Assembly (NCBI GenBank): GCA_016932015.1
Contig: JAFGDQ010000066.1
Coordinates: 23,617-87,616 of the forward strand
Direction of reading: 5' to 3'
From: Spirochaetota bacterium
GTDB taxonomy: Bacteria > Spirochaetota > UBA4802 > JAFGDQ01
Length of the DNA: 64,000 bases
Shown here: piece after piece, positions 10,907 through 20,479 of the stretch
Numbering within the stretch: position 1 is the stretch's first letter
Layout: each line of letters opens with the position of its first letter
Program-made: the position numbers and the translations under genes
Notes under the pieces: model-generated
What the model was told of the DNA's origin: nothing
The model's input: only the letters and a program-made list of their open reading frames with translations
The model's database searches: none

Positions 10907-12214
10907 TTAAACCCCCATCATTAAATTCGGCAGCCATAGTGCCAGCTGAGGGAATATGAATAGAATTACAAGCGCTACAACAAGCGCGATAAGGAAAGGC
11001 AGTACTCCTTTGTACACTGTGCCGAACGGAATTTTTGTCATGTTTGCCAGAATAAAAACATAGATCGCCATTGGAGGAATAAGCCCGCCTATCATAATCG
11101 TAACGCATATTATAATGGCAAAGAAAATCGGGTCATAACCTAGAGCTACCGCAGTCGGGAAGAATATAGGGGTAGCGAGTATCATGAAGGCCAGGTCATC
11201 CATAATTGATCCGCCGACAAGATAGATGATAATTATTGCTATCATGATAACTGAACCCGGCAGGTTAAGTCCGCCGACCCAGTCAGCTGCTATCATCGGA
11301 ATTTCCGTAATTGCCAGAAAATGGCCGAATATAGAAGAGCCTGCAATCAGCATAAGGGTCATGATAGATATCCTTAAAGACTCATCAAATGATTTGACCA
11401 TCATTTTGAGATTTACTTCTCTCTGAATCAGGGCAAGCAGGAAAATTGCTACTGTTCCGATTGTACCGGCTTCTGTCGGGCTGAAAAATCCGAACATCAT
11501 TCCGCCAATAACAACCGCAAATATAATGAAAACTACCAAAAAGTTAGGCAGTGACAGTATCTTTTCTTTCCATGTAGCTTTTATTTCCGCCCTTGGAGCG
11601 ATTTCCGGCCTGAGGGTTGCCCATGCCCAGATTACTACCATAAAAAGAATCGAAATGACTATTGACGGTAAAATTCCGGCCAGGAAAAGCCTGCCGATTG
11701 ACTGTTCTACAATAAGGCCGTATATGATAAGTACGCTGCTGGGGGGGAGTATCATTCCCAAAGTGCTTACTGAGGCTACTGTTCCGGTTGAGAGTTCCTT
11801 TTTATATCCGTACCTGTCCATTTCCGGTATAGCAAGACCTGTGAATGTTCCGATTGTTGCAAGCGATGACCCGCACATTGACTTAAATACCGCGGCGCCT
11901 ATTACGGTTGTCATAGCAAGCCCGCCCGGAATTCTTCCCGCCCATTTGTGAGCTGCCATGTAAAGCTTTTTCGCGATGTTTGCATTGGACGCGATCTGTC
12001 CCATAAGTATAAACAGCGGGATAACAGTAAAGGAATAAGTCGTAAAGGTGTCAAGAAAGTCCTTAACAACTAAATTGGAAGCTGCGGCAAATGACATCAG
12101 GAAAGTAAATCCCATAAATCCGACGAGTATCATGGAATAAGCCATTTCAAGGCCGCTTAAAAACAATATCAACATTACAATTATAGCATATACGCCTATT
12201 GCTACATCACTCAT
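10907..12214 (-). CDS. dctM: TRAP transporter large permease
   Basis: IPLFILMG, GGLAM, LGMILPPS, SIGRLFLAGILP, FSPTEAG, GYDPIFF; start chosen after GGAGGAG. Confidence 0.93.
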   Translation of the reverse strand: MSDVAIGVYAIIVMLILFLSGLEMAYSMILVGFMGFTFLMSFAAASNLVVKDFLDTFTTYSFTVIPLFILMGQIASNANIAKKLYMAAHKWAGRIPGGLAMTTVIGAAVFKSMCGSSLATIGTFTGLAIPEMDRYGYKKELSTGTVASVSTLGMILPPSSVLIIYGLIVEQSIGRLFLAGILPSIVISILFMVVIWAWATLRPEIAPRAEIKATWKEKILSLPNFLVVFIIFAVVIGGMMFGFFSPTEAGTIGTVAIFLLALIQREVNLKMMVKSFDESLRISIMTLMLIAGSSIFGHFLAITEIPMIAADWVGGLNLPGSVIMIAIIIIYLVGGSIMDDLAFMILATPIFFPTAVALGYDPIFFAIIICVTIMIGGLIPPMAIYVFILANMTKIPFGTVYKGVLPFLIALVVALVILFIFPQLALWLPNLMMGV

Positions 12215-12692
12215 TTTCTCCTCCATTGATCGTACGGATTAAGTCACAAAAAAGTGTAAGGCCCTGCATTAGAAAAGCGAATGAAATAATATAGGCAAAT
12301 GGACAAAGAGGAACTCTGAAATACGGAGTACATTCGCCTGTTTTTGAAATATCAATTCCGTAAATAAAACAGTTATAAGCTATAAAAAGAAATATTACAA
12401 TACCGGCTATTCTGGTAATAATATTTACTGTTTTTTTCTTTTCAGGTTTCAGTTTATTTACTATCAGGTCAACATATATCTGTACCTTCATCCATGTCGC
12501 GTAAGGCACTGAAAAACTGAATACTATACACCCGGCGTACTGCATTATTTCCATAGATCCGGTTATGGGGTGGCCAAAATTTCTCAGAATTACATCGCAG
12601 AGTGTTATTAAAACCATGCAGCATAACAGGAACCCTGCGATTATATAAATTAATATATCAATTTTGATAATGCCCGCTAAAAGCATCTTCAT
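12207..12692 (-). CDS. dctQ: TRAP transporter small permease
   Basis: Four TMs, DVILRNFGHPITGSMEI; GGAGG before ATG 12692. Confidence 0.9.
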   Translation of the reverse strand: MKMLLAGIIKIDILIYIIAGFLLCCMVLITLCDVILRNFGHPITGSMEIMQYAGCIVFSFSVPYATWMKVQIYVDLIVNKLKPEKKKTVNIITRIAGIVIFLFIAYNCFIYGIDISKTGECTPYFRVPLCPFAYIISFAFLMQGLTLFCDLIRTINGGENE

Positions 12693-12828
12693 ATTTTGCC
12701 TCCGGATTCGCAAAAAAATGCGAAAGCTGATTTGTAAAAAAAACCATGTAATATATTAACGCCGATGCAAAAACAGATATTCACATATCATGCCTCTGCA
12801 CCGGCGAATTAAGTCTGATTATGAGGAT

Positions 12829-12856
12829 AGAGGGTTGTATTTAAATACAGCTCTCT
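12829..12856 (-). terminator. Hairpin between dctP and dctQ (partial terminator or mRNA stabiliser)
   Basis: Imperfect palindrome AGAGGGTTGTATTTAAATACAGCTCTCT; second weaker hairpin near 12761-12806. Confidence 0.45.
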
Positions 12857-12879
12857 TTAACGCATTTTGATGCACTGCT

Positions 12880-13899
12880 CTATTTATTTCTCTTCAGATA
12901 ATCCTGGCAGAATTTTAATGCTTCTTTGCCGGGTAAGCCTTTGGATTCGGCCATTTTGACATACTGGTCAAATATAGGCTGCATTTTTTTAGCTGTATCT
13001 CTGATGTCTCTCTCGGGAATTTTTATAAATTTAACGCCTTTTGATTTCGCAAACTGTTCCGCTTTTTTATCCAGAGTTACCCAGGTTTTTCCGAATTTTT
13101 CAATATATTGTTTATTTATTTTTTCAATAGCTTTCTGATCTGCACTGGAGATGGAATTCCATTTGTCTTTATTCATGATAACATACATTGAAGTCATATA
13201 TGACATACCGTAATCTTCCAGTACGGTTTTAACAACTTCGCCTATTCTGAATCCCTGCAAAGCTTCAATCGGAAAAAGACATCCGTCAATCAGTCCTCTT
13301 GAAAGACCGTCATATGTTTCACCGACTGTCATGGTTACCGGCGAAGCTCCCAGCGCGGTAACTATGCCGACATTTTCCGCGTTTGCCTTTATTCTCAGTC
13401 CTTTTAAATCTGCTGTGCTTTTAATTCTGTCTTTAGTAAAAAAGAATCCCGGAGCAGCACCGTGCAGAAACATAACCTGGACATCATCAAACTCTTTCGG
13501 CTTGAATTTTTCGTAAAATGCGTTAGCCAGCTTTGTTGCCTGATAACCGTTTCTATATCCGAGCGGCTGCTGAAGAACTTCTGAAAGAGGAAGCCTTCCC
13601 GGAGAATACGCAAGCAGACATGTGCCTATATCGACAATACCTTTAACAGTGTTGTCGTATACCTGGGGCGGCGGGCTGAGGGTATTGGCAGGGAATGTCG
13701 TAATTTTTACTCTTCCGTTTGTAGCTTTCTCAATGTCTTCTCCGTACGCTTTCAGCATTTTGGCGTACGGATGTACTGCTGGCCATATTAATGAGAGGCG
13801 CAGTTTCATGGTTTTTGCTTCTGCTTTCACCGGATGAAGTGCGACAGTTAATAATGCGGCCATACACAGTAGAGCTGTAATTTTTAGAACCCTTTTCAT
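12880..13899 (-). CDS. dctP: TRAP transporter substrate-binding protein
   Basis: Signal peptide, EKATNGRVKI, DLKGLRIK, ALGASPV, MNKDKWNSIS. Confidence 0.92.
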   Translation of the reverse strand: MKRVLKITALLCMAALLTVALHPVKAEAKTMKLRLSLIWPAVHPYAKMLKAYGEDIEKATNGRVKITTFPANTLSPPPQVYDNTVKGIVDIGTCLLAYSPGRLPLSEVLQQPLGYRNGYQATKLANAFYEKFKPKEFDDVQVMFLHGAAPGFFFTKDRIKSTADLKGLRIKANAENVGIVTALGASPVTMTVGETYDGLSRGLIDGCLFPIEALQGFRIGEVVKTVLEDYGMSYMTSMYVIMNKDKWNSISSADQKAIEKINKQYIEKFGKTWVTLDKKAEQFAKSKGVKFIKIPERDIRDTAKKMQPIFDQYVKMAESKGLPGKEALKFCQDYLKRNK

Positions 13900-14081
13900 A
13901 AACAATCCTCCTTGATAATAATATTATTATTATTAAAAATAATCCTTTGAAAACCGGAATCGGTTTTATAAAATCTATATATTTAACATCTCAACTGTAT
14001 AAAATAAATTAACAAGTCAGTCAGGTTGAGTAAATAATATTTTTAGATTTTAATATTGAATAATTTAAAAATATTAATTTT

Positions 14082-15611
14082 TTATTTTTCACCTGTGTAT
14101 TGAGCCCTGATTTCCCTTTTAAGTATTGAGCCCTTGCCTGTTCTTGGAAAGTCTTCAACAAATTCATAGATTTTAGGGACCTTGTATGGAGCAAGTGATT
14201 TTTTCAGGAAAGTTTTCATTTCATCAGGGCTGACATTGCTTCCTTTTTTGAGTATAATGAATGCAGCAACTTCTTCACCCCATTCCCTGTCAGGTACGCC
14301 TATAACCGCACATTCCTGAACCTCGGGCTTTTTATAAATTGCTTCTTCCACTTCTGTTGAGTAAACATTTTCACCGCCCGTGATTATCATATCTTTCAAG
14401 CGGTCAACAATATAAAAATATCCTTTTTCGTCCATATAGCCTATATCACCGGTTCTGAACCATTGGTCTTCATGTCTTCTTTTTTCAGGATCAAGGTGCC
14501 AGAAAGTAGCATAGGTCGCGTCCGGATTATTCAGGTAGCCTTTCATAATATTATTGCCCCTTACGCATATCTCGCCCTTTTCTCCTGGAGGCAGAGCTTC
14601 ACCCGACAAAATATCCCTTATCTGAGTCTCTACTCCGGGAACTGTTGCTCCTATCGAGCCGATAACATGTTCATTAAAGTGATTATAGGTTACAGCTGAA
14701 GCTGTTTCAGTTAATCCGTATCCTTCAAATATCAGAAGTCCTGTCTTATCTTTCCACTCCCTCACAACTTCTGCCGGCATTGCAGCTCCTGCAGAAAAGC
14801 AATATCTGACCTTTGACAATAACTCCCTTATATTCGGAAGCGTGAGCAGTCGGGTATACACAGTCGGTACTGAAAAAAGTTTGGTTACTCTTCCGGAGTG
14901 TATCAGTTCTATTATTTTATCCATATCAAAAGAGGGGAGAATTTCAAGGCATCCGGCACTGATAACTGTTGCATTCATTACATGCATTTGTCCGAAGACA
15001 TGGTTAAAAGGAAGGAAACAGAGGGCTCTGTCATTTTCGCAGGAATGTTCACAGAATGCAACATTATGAGCCGAAGTATTTATATTCAGATGAGTGGTCA
15101 TAACCCCTTTCGGGATACCTGTTGTTCCTCCTGTGTATAGCACGGAAGCAGTATCGTTCCGGTCGCAGTATACAGCTTCAAAGTCGGTCGATCCTGTTTC
15201 AAGAAGCCTACTGAAAGAAATATCTCCTTCAGGGCAGATAACTTTTTGAATACCGTCGGCTCCCCTCAGGTCTTTAATATCATTAAGCCTTTTGTCTTCG
15301 GTGAACAGGATTTTCGGTTTTGAATGTTTGAGAAGCATTTTAAGCTCATCCGGACTCAATGTTGCTGCAAGTGTTATGGCAACTGCTCCGATTTTAAGTA
15401 TACCGAAATACAGAATAAGCCATTCAGGAGAATTAAAAGCGCAAAGGCCTATATGGTCCCCTGACTTGATTCCCAGTTTTAAAAGCGCGGTCGCTGCTCT
15501 GTTCGCTTCCATATTAAATTGTTTATAGGTTATTTCAGTATTATCCATGCTGATAGCAGGATTGTCAGGAAAAAAGCGTGCAGAAATCTGTAAGTTTGAT
15601 GCAGCATTCAT
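14082..15611 (-). CDS. Acyl-CoA synthetase / AMP-binding ligase (long-chain or aromatic acid)
   Basis: YTGGTTGIPKG, EGYGLTE, FRTGD, DRLKDMIITGGENVY, PYKVPK. Confidence 0.93.
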   Translation of the reverse strand: MNAASNLQISARFFPDNPAISMDNTEITYKQFNMEANRAATALLKLGIKSGDHIGLCAFNSPEWLILYFGILKIGAVAITLAATLSPDELKMLLKHSKPKILFTEDKRLNDIKDLRGADGIQKVICPEGDISFSRLLETGSTDFEAVYCDRNDTASVLYTGGTTGIPKGVMTTHLNINTSAHNVAFCEHSCENDRALCFLPFNHVFGQMHVMNATVISAGCLEILPSFDMDKIIELIHSGRVTKLFSVPTVYTRLLTLPNIRELLSKVRYCFSAGAAMPAEVVREWKDKTGLLIFEGYGLTETASAVTYNHFNEHVIGSIGATVPGVETQIRDILSGEALPPGEKGEICVRGNNIMKGYLNNPDATYATFWHLDPEKRRHEDQWFRTGDIGYMDEKGYFYIVDRLKDMIITGGENVYSTEVEEAIYKKPEVQECAVIGVPDREWGEEVAAFIILKKGSNVSPDEMKTFLKKSLAPYKVPKIYEFVEDFPRTGKGSILKREIRAQYTGEK

Positions 15612-15725
15612 AATAATACCCTGTTTTTAGTAATATTATCAAACTGATGTACGTTAGCGAGTATTTCTTTAAGGTCGGTGAATTTTAAACTGATTATTAA
15701 ATGGAGAGGTCGGTAATATTTTTTA

Positions 15726-15759
15726 AATCAATTCGCTGAACCAATTCAGTGAATTGATT
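15726..15759. promoter_or_regulatory. Candidate TetR operator upstream of the CoA ligase
   Basis: 15-bp inverted repeat with one mismatch, AATCAATTCGCTGAA-CCAA-TTCAGTGAATTGATT, just downstream of a minus-strand TTGACA at 15789-15784. Confidence 0.6.
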
Positions 15760-15828
15760 ATGCATAAATTTGCTTTTAAATTATGTCAATATATTTTTAA
15801 AATAAAATTTTATTAAAAAAATTTTTTT

Positions 15829-16422
15829 CTATTTTTTAATAACAGGAATAACTTTCCGGATATTCATGATCATTTTTTTCTGTAAATCAAAATTACCTTC
15901 ACTGATGCACCAGTGATATGCAGTTCCTCTTGCTACAGTAAAAAGAAAATCCGATACTTCATCCGGAGTCATTTTATCCGTTATTTCTCCATCTTTCTGC
16001 CCTTTGCTTATAATATCTGAGAGCATTATTAAGAGAAATCTTCCTTTGCTTAAAAAGAGCTTATTGTTTGAATGATAAAGTAATTTAAGCATATCAAGGC
16101 CTACATCAACATTATATTTTGCATAATACCGGAAGAAGGCCTCAATATTTTTTACTGAGGACTTGTCTTTTAATTTTTCGAATACTTTACTTTCAAAATG
16201 ATCGTCTATGCGTTTGAATATTTCTGTGAGTATATCGTACTTGGAGTCAAAATAGTGATAGAATGCACCTACTGAAACGCCGGCTTTTTTACTAATATCT
16301 TCTATTGTAATGCCGTCGAATCCGGATTTCTCCATCAGTTCTATTGCAGTTTCATAGATAGTCTTTTTGGTATTGAGCGCCTGGATTTTTCTTTTTGTTA
16401 AATTATCTGTTACTTTTTCCAT
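15829..16422 (-). CDS. TetR/AcrR family regulator
   Basis: GFDGITIEDISKKAGVSVGAFYHYFDSK helix-turn-helix. Confidence 0.95.
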   Translation of the reverse strand: MEKVTDNLTKRKIQALNTKKTIYETAIELMEKSGFDGITIEDISKKAGVSVGAFYHYFDSKYDILTEIFKRIDDHFESKVFEKLKDKSSVKNIEAFFRYYAKYNVDVGLDMLKLLYHSNNKLFLSKGRFLLIMLSDIISKGQKDGEITDKMTPDEVSDFLFTVARGTAYHWCISEGNFDLQKKMIMNIRKVIPVIKK

Positions 16423-16591
16423 ATCAGGATAAATTACAGAACTAAAATTATTACACTATTGTATGTTTAAGGTTTAATAGTCACAGCATTAAAAAAAATG
16501 TCAAAGTTAAATTTAAATATTACAGTTTTTTTTCACTTTTTGCCGGATTTACGTTTATAGTATTTGCTGTTTTATGATAATATTCTGAAGG

Positions 16592-17452
16592 TTACTGCCC
16601 GCCTGCAGACTGAATTTCCCGTTTTAAAATTTTCATAACTTCAGGCAGTTTCCAGAAATCCTGTTTATCAGATTTTTCCCCGATATCCATGATGAATTTA
16701 ATTTTGTTTGTTCCGTTTATTCCGGCTGCTGTCTGCGCCTGTTTTCTGTAAATGGATTTTTCTTCACTCAGGAGCGTAATACTGCATTCAAGGTGAGGTA
16801 ATATCTTAACCGGCTGTTCCAGTTCCCATCCCCCTGCGGAACCGTACTCTTTAATGCGTATTTTATATTCCATGGAATCGGAAGGCAGAGAGTCGTATTC
16901 ATAGATACCTGATATACAGACTATGGAATACAGCTTTGTTACAAAAGGCGCAAATTTTATTGCAGCTTCCGATCCGGAATAAAAACCGGTAAAAGAAGCA
17001 GGTAAGGGCCCGTTAAGTTTGACAAGCTTTTCGTATATTCCATTGTAGACCATAATTTCCGATAATCCGTTATCCGGATTATATGCATACAGGCTTTCTC
17101 CGGAATCAACAATTACAATCAATGCATTATACCATGAAGAAAGTTCCTTCAGTTTCATTTCGTTTATAATTTTTTCAGGCGACAGGCTGTCTCCGTTTTC
17201 CGGTTTATGTTCACTGTAAAAAATCCACATCAGTAATTCAGGACTTTCAGGTAAAATAATATGCAGGTCTCTTGATACTGAAATTTTTCCTTTCCTGGCT
17301 GCAAATTTATAATTATCATTTACGGTTTTATACAGCTTTGCCGAGTCAAAATCACCCCATATTTTTTTTAAAGTGCTGAAGTCCGGTGCGTTTCCAGCAA
17401 AAGCCGGATATGTAATCAGAATCAGAAAAAAAGCAATTATTATTCTGAACAT
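16592..17452 (-). CDS. Hypothetical secreted protein, possibly a degenerate alpha/beta-hydrolase fold
   Basis: Signal peptide (PAFA); FTGFYSGSEAA resembles a nucleophile elbow without canonical GxSxG. Confidence 0.5.
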   Translation of the reverse strand: MFRIIIAFFLILITYPAFAGNAPDFSTLKKIWGDFDSAKLYKTVNDNYKFAARKGKISVSRDLHIILPESPELLMWIFYSEHKPENGDSLSPEKIINEMKLKELSSWYNALIVIVDSGESLYAYNPDNGLSEIMVYNGIYEKLVKLNGPLPASFTGFYSGSEAAIKFAPFVTKLYSIVCISGIYEYDSLPSDSMEYKIRIKEYGSAGGWELEQPVKILPHLECSITLLSEEKSIYRKQAQTAAGINGTNKIKFIMDIGEKSDKQDFWKLPEVMKILKREIQSAGGQ

Positions 17453-17531
17453 TCAGGCAGCCTCCGTGTTTTGAGTTTTGTATTTATAATTTTGGATAAT
17501 ATTTTGAGTAAACTGTGATTAATTAAAAAAG

Positions 17532-18071
17532 CTATTGTATACGGTAAAGCACCATATGTTTTAAGGATATTTCTTCTATATCGTTGAACCCGGTTTTTTC
17601 AGCGGCTTTTATAATTTCTTCAGCTTTTAAACGATGAGACAGGGGCGGACCCTGTTTATCTTCACTGTACGGCCATTCCAGTATAATAACTCTGTGCCTT
17701 GTTACCCGTTTCGCTTCCTCTAAGGCCTTTTCAATGTCTGCTGTTTCATGGAGAATATGTCCCAGAAAAACAATGTCAAATTCATTATCGGGGAAGGGGA
17801 GAGATTCGGCTTTGCCGATTGAAAATATGCCCGAGGGAACATGTCTTTGTGCTTCGGAAAGCATATTTTGATTGATGTCAATTCCCGTTACAGCAAGGTT
17901 CCTTTCCGCGAACGCCTGGGCAAATACGGCGCTGCCGGTACCCACATCCAGCACTGATTTTACCTGAATATCCTGTATCGAAAGATCAACGACACGGCTG
18001 ATTTCAAGCATTTGAATCCGTTCATGTGAACGTAGTTTTTCTATTTTTCCCTTATACACACGGTTACTCAT
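17532..18071 (-). CDS. Class I SAM-dependent methyltransferase
   Basis: VLDVGTGS, GIDIN, AESLPFPDNEFDIV; start uncertain (18071 or 18089). Confidence 0.9.
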   Translation of the reverse strand: MSNRVYKGKIEKLRSHERIQMLEISRVVDLSIQDIQVKSVLDVGTGSAVFAQAFAERNLAVTGIDINQNMLSEAQRHVPSGIFSIGKAESLPFPDNEFDIVFLGHILHETADIEKALEEAKRVTRHRVIILEWPYSEDKQGPPLSHRLKAEEIIKAAEKTGFNDIEEISLKHMVLYRIQ

Positions 18072-18204
18072 AAAGTTTCCTGAAAACAATTAAAGCCGGA
18101 GGCACTAAGTTAATCGGTGCCTGTTATATAGAAATAATCAATAATTAAATAAAGCCTGAATTTAATATACAAATAGTAGCTGATCAGCTGGATTATGTGG
18201 ATAA

Positions 18205-18498
18205 ATGTCTATGCTTATCATCCGTATGTCAAATAATATTAAGCCGGATTCTGAGGTATATTTATTTTTTCATGATATTGTTTTACTTGATATAGTAATG
18301 CAGGGAATACGGGGTGCTGAAGTGTATTACAGGCTTCGCGAGATCAATCCGGAGGTCAAAGTGCTTATAATTTCAGGATATGCACAAATAGAAAATATTC
18401 CTGACAGGGTAACGGGCTTTTTGAAAAAACCGTTCCATTCTGTTGATTTATTAATATGATTAATAAATCAATATCTTGAAAAAAATAATTTTTTCTGA
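18205..18498 (+). pseudogene. Truncated receiver (REC) domain remnant
   Basis: DIVLLDIVMQG, VLIISGY, GFLKKPF present; N-terminal acidic strand missing; TGA at 18457-18459 cuts the last helix. Confidence 0.6.
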
Positions 18499-18617
18499 AT
18501 AGAGGGTGTCAGAATTTTTGTGCAAATGGTAAATATTTATAGAATCACCCTCTCTCCAAAATATATAGCAAATTGATTTATTGTTATAAAGTCATTAAAA
18601 GATTATTTCTGAAAGTT

Positions 18618-18664
18618 ATAAAACAATGGACTGTTTACTTTTAATCACCAGTCCATTATTTTAT
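18618..18664 (-). terminator. Hairpin downstream of the vWA gene
   Basis: ATAAAACAATGGACTG...CAGTCCATTATTTTAT inverted repeat. Confidence 0.55.
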
Positions 18665-18687
18665 GTTATTAATAAATTATCGTCTGG

Positions 18688-20346
18688 TCATTTATTCAGT
18701 AAGTCAGCTGTTTTTATGAGCTCAATAAATTCATTTCTGTAGCCTTCAGTATCTTTTCCTTTCGAATTTTTTGCCAGTACAAGTATGTCTTTGTATTCAA
18801 GGTCATTTTTAAATTCAGAATCTCTGAGCAGCATTCCGAAACCTGCAACAGCAGCTGAAAATCTGAAATTGTCGGAACTTTCTTTCAGCTTTGTTCCTGA
18901 ATCATTTACTGAGTGCACGATGAGAGTGCTTGTATTTTCCTTCGGAGGTTTGTAGCGGAATTTTAGTGTCATGATTTCATTGCCTGCTGTTGCGTCTTTT
19001 TTTACAATTATTTTCTGATATTTCAGCTCATCAATTCCATCTATTCCCTGATTTGATCCGGCAGGAATGATCTCATAAAGAGCAGTAACCGTGTGGCCTG
19101 CGCCGAGTTCTCCTGCGTCTTTTTGATCGTTGTTAAAATCTTCGTTTGCAAGAACACGGTTTTCATACCCGATCAGCCTGTAGGCTTTGACCTTCGCAGG
19201 ATTGAATTCGATCTGTATTTTTACATCTTTTGCAATTGTAAACATGTTGGCTCTCATTTCCCTTACAAATACCTTCTCAGCTTCCTTTATGCTGTCTATG
19301 TAAAAATAATTACCGTTGCCCGCGTTGCTTATCTGCTCCATTCTGCCGTCTTTATAATTACCCATGCCGAAACCGCATATTGTGAGATAAATATCGTCTT
19401 TACGCTTTTCTTCTATGACGCGTACAAGGTCTCCTGTTGATGATACGCCTACGTTGAAATCTCCGTCAGTACAGAGAATGACGCGGTTGTTTCCGCCTTT
19501 TATCAGGTTCTGTTTGGCCGTTTTGTAGGCAAGCATAATGCCCTGTCCCCCTGCTGTTGACCCGCCTGCGTTAAGCCTGTCAAGAGCGTCGATTATCCTG
19601 TTCTTTTGCGCCGCAGGAGTGGAAGGCAGCACAAGTCCGGCAGCGCCTGCGTATGCGACTATGGAAATCCTGTCTTTTCCGCTTAATTCATTCAGCAGCA
19701 GTTTCAGCGATTTTTTCAGTAAAGGCAGTTTGTTCGGGTCACTCATTGACCCTGATGAGTCAATTAAAAACACTAGGTTGCAGGGCTTAAGATTGTCATA
19801 ATCAAGAGACTTTCCCTGAATACCTATATGGATCAGTTTGTTTTCTTTGTTCCATGGAGATTCCGATATTTCAGTATAAATCGAGAAAGGATGCTTTCCT
19901 TCCGGCTGAGGATAATCGTAAATAAAATAATTGATCATTTCCTCAATGCGTACTGCGTCTTTAGGCGGCATCCGGCTGCCTGTTAAAAAGCGGCGCAGGT
20001 TTGCGTATGAAGCTGTGTCAACATCAATAGAGAAAGTTGAAAGCGGATTGATTGCTGCAGCTTTAAACTCGTTTTCGTTTATGTGATCGTATTCTTCCGT
20101 GTCGTGCTGGATTGCTGCTGTATCATCATATGCTGCGTATGACACTACACCTGCACCGGCATGCTCCTTTTTTAAAGAACTGTGCTTCATTGCAGAAGGG
20201 GGGGCTTCTTCCGCGCACAGAATTTCATCACGATCCGGTTCAGCAGTATTTACTACCTGCTTGCCGCCGCAGCCGTAATACGCTGTAAGAACAATTGCGA
20301 AGAAGATGATTAAAAAGATTTTTTTAAAAGATATGAAATTTATCAT
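18688..20346 (-). CDS. YfbK-like von Willebrand factor A lipoprotein (vWA + DUF3520)
   Basis: YYGC lipobox, STFSIDVDTASY, MIDAS DSSGS, TDGDFNVG, YRLIGYENR, DAGELGAGH. Confidence 0.92.
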   Translation of the reverse strand: MINFISFKKIFLIIFFAIVLTAYYGCGGKQVVNTAEPDRDEILCAEEAPPSAMKHSSLKKEHAGAGVVSYAAYDDTAAIQHDTEEYDHINENEFKAAAINPLSTFSIDVDTASYANLRRFLTGSRMPPKDAVRIEEMINYFIYDYPQPEGKHPFSIYTEISESPWNKENKLIHIGIQGKSLDYDNLKPCNLVFLIDSSGSMSDPNKLPLLKKSLKLLLNELSGKDRISIVAYAGAAGLVLPSTPAAQKNRIIDALDRLNAGGSTAGGQGIMLAYKTAKQNLIKGGNNRVILCTDGDFNVGVSSTGDLVRVIEEKRKDDIYLTICGFGMGNYKDGRMEQISNAGNGNYFYIDSIKEAEKVFVREMRANMFTIAKDVKIQIEFNPAKVKAYRLIGYENRVLANEDFNNDQKDAGELGAGHTVTALYEIIPAGSNQGIDGIDELKYQKIIVKKDATAGNEIMTLKFRYKPPKENTSTLIVHSVNDSGTKLKESSDNFRFSAAVAGFGMLLRDSEFKNDLEYKDILVLAKNSKGKDTEGYRNEFIELIKTADLLNK

Positions 20347-20479
20347 AGTTTTTATCCTCTGAATATTTTTAGATTCTGTTCCTATGACAAATTTTGCGCG
20401 GAAAAGTTCCGATTTTTTTAAAATAAAGGTTAATTTTTATTTTAAAATTTATTATAAACGGGATTAAAGCGCTTATATT

